Shown here: piece by piece, positions 56,000 to 64,000 of the stretch
Numbering within the stretch: position 1 is the stretch's first letter
Layout: every line of letters begins with the position of its first letter
Assembly (NCBI GenBank): GCA_028712565.1
Contig: JAQTPW010000001.1
Span: forward strand, 77,114 to 141,113
Direction of reading: 5' to 3'
From: Minisyncoccota bacterium
Lineage (GTDB): Bacteria; Patescibacteriota; Minisyncoccia; Minisyncoccales; JAQTPW01
DNA: 64,000 nt
The notes under the pieces: model-generated
Database searches by the model: none
Seen by the model: the letters and a program-made list of their open reading frames with translations, nothing else
What the model was told of the DNA's origin: nothing
Made by a program: the position numbers and the translations under genes

Positions 56000-58900
56000 T
56001 TAGTAGTTTGCCGTACATGTTAAATATATTGTTCCTTCGTAAACGTCGGCTTGCTGGGTTGAAGCCACTGATGCCTTTAATATAATTGTGTTATTTTGCC
56101 CGCCGCCAGAAGAAGTGTCGGCAACAGTATCTACTGCTTCGATTGTCGTGGCAAAACCTGACCAGCAAAGATCCGAGCCGCAAAAAGTAGTGCTGGCATA
56201 CCGGTCATAATTTGTGTCAGAGCCGGCAAGAGAAAGATCGTCCGTGTTGTATCCGAATCCGCATCGAGTGGAACTCGCATTGCAATTTTCATCCCAAGCA
56301 ACTGGACTAATATTGTTATAAGCAAATCTTTGAATATAAACGCTTTCAGTTGTTGATGATAATTTTCCTTCAGTATCCCGCATATCAGCTGTGATTGTAA
56401 ATCCGGTAGGATAAGATGTTGTGGCAAGTAATGTTATAAATGAAGTCGCGGTAAAATCATTGCCCTGGTTTAAAGTTAGATCAATTTGATCTGTGCTGAT
56501 TTCAAACTGTAAATCAGATGTCAAACCGACATACCAAGATCCCATTTCGGGCGGCGCATCCAGGCCGCTATATGGCGGGGAGCCATTCATTGAGGAGTTT
56601 GTTTGCCTGTGCCACCCAACATATATCGTATTATCTTGCGCTTCCAAGCTTGAAGTTGAAGTCAAATATTTATTACCTTGATCTAAGTAGTAATCATAGT
56701 CGCTAAATCCAAGAACCGCAACGGTTAAATTATAGTTGTATGTAGTTGTTGCCGAAGACGTTCTTTTGTATTCCCTTATTCTTATTGCGCCGGCAGAAGT
56801 TGGCTGCGGAGTTTTACCGCCGCTACTTGTTGTTGCAACTGCGCTATCTGTCGCATCTCCCCAACTTCCTGCATTGTAACTCCAAATAGTGCTAGAGCCC
56901 GAAACTTCAGAAACAGTACAGGTTGCATTTTCAATATTTACATCCGTATCATTTGCATCAACAGCGTGAATTCCTAAATACCAATCAACATATAAGGTTC
57001 CTCCAGTTACCGAAACGCCGCCGGTTTTTGCATTAAGAAAAGTAGGAGTGCCAGCTTGAACAGTGGTCGTTGAAGGGGCGGTAGAAGTGCCGTCAGAATA
57101 TAACCATTCGCCGCCCGTTCCGTTAAAATTAATTTTATAAAATGGAGAACCGCCATCTGAAATTGTATGGCCTGAATTTGTGGCAATAAATATTATTTCT
57201 CCGCTGTTGTGTGTGAAAGCGCCGGGTAAAGTTACGCTCCAATTACCGCCAACTGATAAAATTGTGGGTGCGGTAACTGCGCCATTTGTAATTGTAAAAT
57301 TATTTGATGTCGAAGCATCATCTTGGAAAGCCCAAGCCCCTCCCGAACCATTAAAGGTTAGATTATAGAAAGCAGAACCACCGCTTGTAATTTTTTGTCC
57401 GGCTGCAGTACCATCAAAGGTTACAGTAGAAGAAGCTGCGGTAAATGTGCCGGAGTTTTCCCAATTGCCAGCTACGGTTATTGCGGAGGTTGAGGCGACA
57501 AAAACTGCTGAAGCAGTAATAGTTGTGCTTCCATTTACATCAATTATTGGATTATATAAATTTGCCGAAGCCGTAAATGGATTTACAGAGTCGCCAATAA
57601 CAAATTCATTATTAACAACAATAGTCTGGCCAGTAGTAGTCCCTAAATTATAAGTTAAATTTAGATCTCCGACGCCTAATTCCAAATTATAATATGTTGT
57701 TGCAGTAATATTTGTGTCTCCCCAACTTGTATATTTGAAGGTTGATGAAGAGGCATTAAATGAACCGCTGATAGGAAAAGGCGTGTATGGCGCAGTTCCA
57801 GCACAGGCGCCGGCAATAATCCAATCTCTAAAACCTGCATCTAGCCCTTGATTTGCGGCAATTGTCAGATAATTGGATATTGTAGTGGTAGCCGTATTAA
57901 TTGCAGTAGTGGTGGCTTGGGGACCAGAACCATCTCCAAAGGTTAAATCATAAAATGTCCAATCTGTTGCCCCGCCAAACTCGCCGGTACCATCTACCAT
58001 AAATGTTCCGTCTAACCAAGTTAGCGTTCCATCTCCAGTAACATCGCCACCCAAAACATTCATGTCATAGTGGCTGATCACGACGGCTCCTTGAGTAACT
58101 GTCAAATCATTAGTTGTGGTTGCATCATCTTGGAAAGTCCACCAACCACCTCCTGAACCATTAAAATATAAGTTATAGAAAGGTGAACCGCCAGTTGTAA
58201 TTGTTCTAGGTACTGTTGCGTCAAAAGTTGTAGTTCCCGAATTTGCATCAAAATTTCCGGAGTTTGTCCAATTGCCGGCAACAGAAAGAGTGCGAAGGTT
58301 CGATGCAACCGTGGTGGCATTGGCAGACAATGTAAAATTTCCATTTATATCTAAACTCGGATCGTTAGTATCAATATTTACAATAACCTCATTTGTACCA
58401 TCTCCAATTGTTAAATTATTATTGCAGGTAAGAGATATGATGCTTAAAGTATATGTGGGAGTTCCGGCGCCAGACGGTGAAAGATTTAAATTATAATAAA
58501 GAGTAGATTTTATATTGGTATTTGCCGTTGCCGTGTAATAAAACGTCGAAGTCGCCGGGCCAAAGCCGCCATCCAAAACAAAAGGAGTTCCAGAACCCGA
58601 TAACACCCATGATTTTTCTCCGGCGTTCAAGGTTTGACTTGTAGAAACAGTTAAAACATCGGTAATAGTTGTGGTCCCAGTGCTTGTTGCAGTAATTGCA
58701 GTTGAAATACTTCCATCTCCAAAAGTTAAATCATAAAAAGTCCATTCTGATGTCCCGCCAAAATATCCTGAACCATCTACCATAAATGTTCCGCCCAACC
58801 AATTCAACGTCCCATTTCCTAACACATCTCCTCCATAAACATACATATTATATGTACTGGATGCAGTTCCTGCGGTAACGGTTAAATCATTTGTTGTGGT

Positions 58901-61900
58901 CGCATCATCTTGGAATGTCCAGACGCCATTTGAACCATTAAAGGTTAAATTATAGAACGAAGAGCCTCCGGTTTTGATTGTGGTAGTGGCTAAAGTAGAA
59001 GTAAAAGTTACAGTTGAACTTGCCGCATTAAATATTCCGTCATTGTCCCAAATGCCTGATACCGATATATCTTTTGTTGTAGAAGCAGTTATAGTTCCAT
59101 TATTATCAAAATCATGAAGGTTTATTGTGCCAGCAGTAGATGTGGAATAAAACAGAAACGTGCTTCCTGACCTCACAAAAAATTCAGAAGTATCAGAAGC
59201 AGTCAAAGTGCCGGCAGTTGAAGATGCTAAAAATAGAATATCTGCATCTTGTCCAGAATCATAATAATCCAAATCTGAAATATTAAGAGGCGTTGAATCT
59301 TCATGCCGGACAATAATCCTGTTTTGATACAAATCTAAATCAGAAATATTATAATCTGTTGAACTGGCGCGAGTAATTGCATTTGCTTTTTCAGTTTCGC
59401 CATCTAGATATACGGTTAATACGTCACCTACTGCGCCAACCAATACTTCACTTATATTATAACTTCCATCTGCATCCTCACAGGTTCCTGAATAAATTGT
59501 TTCTCCCCCATTTACTTTTAAGTTAACTGTTAAATTATTTCCTGAACAATCATAGGCTCCCGTTCCTTCTTCAGTATATATTACCCCAGAAACAGTAATT
59601 CCGGCGGAGGGAGGGGCAGGAAAAGCATCATATTGTATGCCCCAATAATCAGTTTTTAAATTTTCCGCGCCACCGTCCTGATAAACTCTCCAGAATGTCC
59701 AGAACTCTGCAGTTGTCGTGCCGGCTGAGTCGTTAAATTTATATTCTGGAAAATAATAATCGGAAAGATTAGCGGTGACGGTTCCGTCAATTGTGCAGTC
59801 AGTATTTGCAGTGCAGGCGCTTGAGCTGGCGACAGTTTCCCACAAAGTTGTAGAACTTGAATTTCCAAAACGGAAAATTTGAAGATAAATTTTATTGGAA
59901 GAAGCTCCAACGTTCGATTGCCCGATCCAACGGCTGTAAAGAGAATTTGTATTTGCTGCGTGGTTATCGGTAAAAACAAAAATTGGCGATGATGTGGCAG
60001 TGCTTCCACCCGCGGAAGTTATGCTTGAGGAAGCCGAGCTGTCAGTGGTGGTAGAAATATTTGTATAGTCAGAATTATCAAACCAATAAGTTAGGCCGTC
60101 TTCCGCCGCCGGATTAGCTTCCAAAAACATAGCGCTCGTTGTTGCCGGAGACGCCCACTGGGTTCTTGTTAATTTTATTTGGTTATCGGTTTTTAAATAA
60201 TTGTTAAAATAAGAAATTGCGGTTTGCGGGAGACCTAAACCTTTTGCAATCCTAAGATAAGCATTAGTGTAATCGTAATAAGCAATTATGGGATTGCCGT
60301 CAGCGCCTATAGCAATTGGACAATTTGAATTATTATTTTCATCTGACAGCGAATCGATGGTACCGCAAGAAGCTACGGTACAGGTAGCGTTGGTGCAATT
60401 ACAAATTCTCAGATTATTAATAGAATCACTGCAACTAGAAATTACAGGATTATTATCGTAACCTATTGCGATTGAATTGTAATGACTGCTGCTGATTACA
60501 GAACATGTAGCAGCTGTACAAGTTTGCGTTTTACATTTGCAGACCCCGCCCTGAAAAGAAATAACGGGAAGGCCTTCTGCGCTTATTGCCATTGATGTTT
60601 CAGTATCTCCGCCAGTATAAACCGAACCGCAAATAGCAGAAGTACAGCTTGTGTTTGCGCATTTGCAAACCTTAATTGAATTCTCAAAATCAATATTAGC
60701 TGAATAAGAAATCATTGGAATGCCATTAGTTCCAATCTTAATTGAGCTTCCAGAACCTGCGCTATCGTTATTTGCATCTTTGACTGTATTATCAAGCGTC
60801 GTACAGGTTTTTGTTCCACTGCAAGACGTGTCACTGCAAGAACAAACCGCTAAAGTTGTAGTATTGGTGGGGAAATCGTTTTGATTGCCATCTCGAAAAG
60901 AAATAATCGGATTGCCATCCTGTCTGATAGCAATTGATGTATCATCTGCTTGGCCCCTTGTAGTGGAAATGCTACTACAGGTTTCATCGCCCCCTGTACA
61001 GGCCGGGTCGTTGCATTTGCATACATATAATGTATACGTTCTCACAAAGGATATTACAGGAAATCCGTCGCTGCCAATTGCAATAGATGGATCCCAGTCA
61101 GTACCCGTATCAACTACGCTGCAAAGTTCATCTCCTCCCGTGCAACCCGGGTCATTGCATTTGCAAACTATAAGATCTCCATTAGCATCATTCGTTGAAG
61201 CAATTACAGGTAAGCCATCAAAACCAATAGCAATTGCTGGATACTGTCCATTATATGTTTGAGCTGTGGTTGTGTTGACAGTATTGCAATCAAAAGAACT
61301 CGTAGCGGAACAGCTTGCCGCTAAAGTTAAAACCGCGTCTTTTGAATATCTTTTTGTGTTTGAAGTTTCAGGAACAACAGTTAAGGTTGGATATTGCGAA
61401 TAGCCATCCAAGGCAGTGCCATCGCTGGAAACTAATCTTAATCTATATGTTGTAGAAGCTGTGGCTTCGGAAGTGTCAATCGCAAAAGCAAGTTCTGTGC
61501 ATTTACTGACAGAAAGTGTAATACTGGACGACGTGGCTGTACCTTCATACCACTCGCCATCTTGCCAAGACGTATTTTCAGTACACGCTCCAGTTGAGCT
61601 GGAAGTCAAAGCAGTTGTGCTGGTTCCGGATAATCCCCAAGATGGCTGAAGTTCGTAATTGGGCAGCATTTTGGCAACCCGAAGGTCTTGATTGGTAGAA
61701 TCAAAGTACGAAACGATTGGCCAACCATCCGGTGAAATAGCAATTGAAGTATTTAATCCAACTTCATTAGATGAATTATCTACAACGTACAAAGTATTGC
61801 CAAAAGTGCAAGATGAATTTCCGCACTTTGCAATTTTAAGAACACCCTTTCCTTCGCTTGTGCTGGCATTATAAGAAATTATCGGCAAGCCATCTGTTCC

Positions 61901-64000
61901 AATGGCAAGCGAATTATAAGCACCAATAGTATATGTCGACTCTATGGTCGTCGTAGTCCAATTACTGGAAGAAGTGCAATTTTGAGTTGTGCATTTGGCA
62001 AAAAGAAGATCCATTGCGGCTCCAGCCAAATTATAACTAATTGCCGGGTAGCCATCCGCGCCAATCGCAAGAGAATTGTAACCTCCAGCAGAACCCGCAG
62101 TCTGAACCGTAGCAGTATCCCAATTGCTAGACGAAGTGCAATTATTGGTATCGCATCTGGCAAAAAGAAGATCGTAATTTGTCGTATCATAATAACTAAT
62201 AACCGGATATCCGTCGTTTCCAACCGCAATGGAGTTAGATGAGCCGACGTCCCCGACGGCATGAACCGTAGTGGTGTCCCACGCGCTAGACGAGGTGCAA
62301 TTTCCAGTGTCGCATTTTGCAAAAATAAGATCGTAACTACCAGGAACAGTTGTATCAACGTAGCTGATTACGGGGTAACCGTCGTTTCCAATAGCTATTG
62401 AAGAATTCCAACCTACGCTGCCTGCTGTTTGCACAGTAGTGGTAGTCCAGCTATCAGAAGAAGTGCAATTTTGAGTTGTGCATTTGGCAAAGAGGAGGTC
62501 GGCAGAGCCGCCATCATAATAACTAATAACCGGATATCCGTCGTTTCCAACCGCAATGGAGTTAGATGAGCCAATGGTTCCAGCGGTTGCAACTGTAGTA
62601 GTCGTCCAGTCACTGGCTTGAGTGCAATTCCCGCCGGTACATCGCGCAAATAAAAGATCGTCATTTGTATCGTCAAAATAACTGATCATTGGATATCCGT
62701 CTTTCCCAATTGCAATGGAGGTGCCTGCGCCAACATTGCCGCCAGAGGCCACAGTCGTTGCATTCCATTCTTTTAGATTAGCACCCGAATTTAAACTTGG
62801 CGGGCCGCCAAAAGCCAAATCCGTCCAGTCATTATTTCCATGATCGTATTGGACTTTATAGGTTTTAGTTCCTGCAAGGTCTCCGGTATTATCAACTTGA
62901 AACCGAGCGATTAACCTTTCGCCTTTTTTTACAGCAAAACTAGTGTTTGGCGCAGTTGATGTTGAGTCAGAACTAATAGTAGTCCCGTCATCGTTTTGGA
63001 AAACGTACGCGCGTTGGGTAATTGTTGCAACTGGAATATGAACGGTTACCTGCGGATAAATTGTATATGCCATTCCGGTCGTGGTGCCGTTGTTAGTCAA
63101 TCGGAAGCAAAAAGTTTTTTGGCTTGTTATAGTAGAAGTTGGAACTAACGCGTATTCAAACTCGGTATATTTTAAATTTCCTAATGTAAAAGGCGATGTC
63201 GTGCTGTTTGGAATGGCAAGAGCTGACCCCGTTCCGGTTGCAAATGTTCTGCCATCTGAAGTAAGTAAAGATGTTTGCACCGTAGAACGGCTAGCATATT
63301 TTGTGGAAGTCGCCAATTCAAAATACTGTGCAGTTGCAGTTTTTGGAACTTCAGTATATGTTTCAGTGGTACAATCGCCTGTTTTTTCCGCATATTCAAT
63401 CTTATAAATATTCTCAGTTCCAGTCCCATTGCTGGTATTGGCAATTTCTATTCTTAAGCGCAGGGTAGTCCCAACCAAAGTTGTAGTAGAATTATCTTCT
63501 TCTGCGGCAAATCCGCCGGAGGTATCCAAGGCCGCCGAATCATCTCTCCATCTGTAATGTTTCAGATCTAGAATTACAGGCGTGTATGAAACAACAATTA
63601 CGCCTTGAGCTCCGGAGCCGCCAGTACTGCCGCCACCGCCGCCTCCACCGTAACCTCCTCCAAAACCACCAACATCACTAGTGGGGTCCCCGGCGCCTCC
63701 GCCTCCACCACCTGAACCAGCTATTTTTGAGTCAGACGTTTGTGTCCATTCTGTCCCATAACCACCAGTGCCTCCGCCATAGTTATCAACACCTCCTCCT
63801 CCACCACCTCCATCGCTTCCCGGATTTCCAATACCCGTACTTGTGGCAGCCCCGCCCGAACCTGCCCAGTTGTTGCCCCCGCGCGCCCCCCAAGGAGTAT
63901 CTACTGTTCCTGATATACCATCGCTGCCTCCACCGCCACCACCGCCACCACCACCTGAACCATATGTACCGCTAGTATGGCCAGCTCCTCCTGCCGCTCC
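56000..64000 (-). CDS. Giant repeat-rich cell-surface protein (>2,660 aa; 5' end beyond the window) with a Gly-rich N-terminal region and ~45-aa tandem blade-like repeats
   Basis: Frame open with no stop from 56003 to 64000. Repeats of SIA(I/V)G.DGYP.ISY...DL.FAKC...NCT; upstream of the track's TTG lies GGGGGGGGGSDG...GGGYGGGGGGG; Ser/Thr-rich. Confidence 0.8.
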   Translation of the reverse strand, partial: GAAGGAGHTSGTYGSGGGGGGGGGGSDGISGTVDTPWGARGGNNWAGSGGAATSTGIGNPGSDGGGGGGGVDNYGGGTGGYGTEWTQTSDSKIAGSGGGGGGAGDPTSDVGGFGGGYGGGGGGGSTGGSGAQGVIVVSYTPVILDLKHYRWRDDSAALDTSGGFAAEEDNSTTTLVGTTLRLRIEIANTSNGTGTENIYKIEYAEKTGDCTTETYTEVPKTATAQYFELATSTKYASRSTVQTSLLTSDGRTFATGTGSALAIPNSTTSPFTLGNLKYTEFEYALVPTSTITSQKTFCFRLTNNGTTTGMAYTIYPQVTVHIPVATITQRAYVFQNDDGTTISSDSTSTAPNTSFAVKKGERLIARFQVDNTGDLAGTKTYKVQYDHGNNDWTDLAFGGPPSLNSGANLKEWNATTVASGGNVGAGTSIAIGKDGYPMISYFDDTNDDLLFARCTGGNCTQASDWTTTTVATAGTIGSSNSIAVGNDGYPVISYYDGGSADLLFAKCTTQNCTSSDSWTTTTVQTAGSVGWNSSIAIGNDGYPVISYVDTTVPGSYDLIFAKCDTGNCTSSSAWDTTTVHAVGDVGSSNSIAVGNDGYPVISYYDTTNYDLLFARCDTNNCTSSSNWDTATVQTAGSAGGYNSLAIGADGYPAISYNLAGAAMDLLFAKCTTQNCTSSSNWTTTTIESTYTIGAYNSLAIGTDGLPIISYNASTSEGKGVLKIAKCGNSSCTFGNTLYVVDNSSNEVGLNTSIAISPDGWPIVSYFDSTNQDLRVAKMLPNYELQPSWGLSGTSTTALTSSSTGACTENTSWQDGEWYEGTATSSSITLSVSKCTELAFAIDTSEATASTTYRLRLVSSDGTALDGYSQYPTLTVVPETSNTKRYSKDAVLTLAASCSATSSFDCNTVNTTTAQTYNGQYPAIAIGFDGLPVIASTNDANGDLIVCKCNDPGCTGGDELCSVVDTGTDWDPSIAIGSDGFPVISFVRTYTLYVCKCNDPACTGGDETCSSISTTRGQADDTSIAIRQDGNPIISFRDGNQNDFPTNTTTLAVCSCSDTSCSGTKTCTTLDNTVKDANNDSAGSGSSIKIGTNGIPMISYSANIDFENSIKVCKCANTSCTSAICGSVYTGGDTETSMAISAEGLPVISFQGGVCKCKTQTCTAATCSVISSSHYNSIAIGYDNNPVISSCSDSINNLRICNCTNATCTVASCGTIDSLSDENNNSNCPIAIGADGNPIIAYYDYTNAYLRIAKGLGLPQTAISYFNNYLKTDNQIKLTRTQWASPATTSAMFLEANPAAEDGLTYWFDNSDYTNISTTTDSSASSSITSAGGSTATSSPIFVFTDNHAANTNSLYSRWIGQSNVGASSNKIYLQIFRFGNSSSTTLWETVASSSACTANTDCTIDGTVTANLSDYYFPEYKFNDSAGTTTAEFWTFWRVYQDGGAENLKTDYWGIQYDAFPAPPSAGITVSGVIYTEEGTGAYDCSGNNLTVNLKVNGGETIYSGTCEDADGSYNISEVLVGAVGDVLTVYLDGETEKANAITRASSTDYNISDLDLYQNRIIVRHEDSTPLNISDLDYYDSGQDADILFLASSTAGTLTASDTSEFFVRSGSTFLFYSTSTAGTINLHDFDNNGTITASTTKDISVSGIWDNDGIFNAASSTVTFTSTLATTTIKTGGSSFYNLTFNGSNGVWTFQDDATTTNDLTVTAGTASSTYNMYVYGGDVLGNGTLNWLGGTFMVDGSGYFGGTSEWTFYDLTFGDGSISTAITATSTGTTTITDVLTVSTSQTLNAGEKSWVLSGSGTPFVLDGGFGPATSTFYYTATANTNIKSTLYYNLNLSPSGAGTPTYTLSIISLTCNNNLTIGDGTNEVIVNIDTNDPSLDINGNFTLSANATTVASNLRTLSVAGNWTNSGNFDANSGTTTFDATVPRTITTGGSPFYNLYFNGSGGGWWTFQDDATTTNDLTVTQGAVVISHYDMNVLGGDVTGDGTLTWLDGTFMVDGTGEFGGATDWTFYDLTFGDGSGPQATTTAINTATTTISNYLTIAANQGLDAGFRDWIIAGACAGTAPYTPFPISGSFNASSSTFKYTSWGDTNITATTYYNLELGVGDLNLTYNLGTTTGQTIVVNNEFVIGDSVNPFTASANLYNPIIDVNGSTTITASAVFVASTSAITVAGNWENSGTFTAASSTVTFDGTAAGQKITSGGSAFYNLTFNGSGGAWAFQDDASTSNNFTITNGAVTAPTILSVGGNWSVTLPGAFTHNSGEIIFIATNSGHTISDGGSPFYKINFNGTGGEWLYSDGTSTAPSTTTVQAGTPTFLNAKTGGVSVTGGTLYVDWYLGIHAVDANDTDVNIENATCTVSEVSGSSTIWSYNAGSWGDATDSAVATTSSGGKTPQPTSAGAIRIREYKRTSSATTTYNYNLTVAVLGFSDYDYYLDQGNKYLTSTSSLEAQDNTIYVGWHRQTNSSMNGSPPYSGLDAPPEMGSWYVGLTSDLQFEISTDQIDLTLNQGNDFTATSFITLLATTSYPTGFTITADMRDTEGKLSSTTESVYIQRFAYNNISPVAWDENCNASSTRCGFGYNTDDLSLAGSDTNYDRYASTTFCGSDLCWSGFATTIEAVDTVADTSSGGGQNNTIILKASVASTQQADVYEGTIYLTCTANY

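Overview
This 64 kb window has a low-GC, compact, small-gene architecture that I infer (not prove) to be typical of a Candidate Phyla Radiation / Patescibacteria-like bacterium. The first ~47 kb is mostly housekeeping. It carries an S41 C-terminal protease (5' partial), rplI, pyrG, rpmA, a geranylgeranyl-reductase-like gene co-located with uppS, a P-type ATPase, gltX, a dcw-type cell-wall cluster (mraY ... murD-ftsW-murG, murC nearby), dacA-like, aspS, rlmN and fmt. These are interleaved with many small secreted or membrane proteins, a Xer-type tyrosine recombinase, two tandem sigma-70 region-4-only paralogs, and a complete but interleaved AmmeMemoRadiSam trio (radical SAM, Memo-like, AMMECR1) in one tight operon with rlmN and fmt.

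The most unusual part is a ~17 kb same-strand (minus) cell-surface super-locus from ~47.2 kb to the window end. It contains three translationally coupled membrane-anchored paralogs sharing a cohesin-like N-terminal module, preceded by a secreted protein ending in a canonical tandem dockerin. Upstream are two paralogous DUF916-like membrane-anchored surface proteins and a WxL-like secreted protein. Further upstream is a >2,660 aa giant repeat protein that runs off the window end.

Two small intervening-sequence-type genes sit inside this locus. The GxxExxY protein gene is flanked by ~19-40 bp imperfect terminal inverted repeats and appears to have inserted in-frame at the 5' end of a surface-protein gene. 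The four-helix-bundle protein gene is flanked by inverted ATCAAA repeat clusters.

Other notable signals are a perfect 35 bp palindrome 18 bp upstream of pyrG, a phased CCGAAT hexamer array, a heptanucleotide repeat expansion inside murC, a GC-rich repeat island, several GC-rich (possibly horizontally acquired) genes, and two well-supported small ORFs that the ORF track missed. I found no rRNA, tRNA or CRISPR array.
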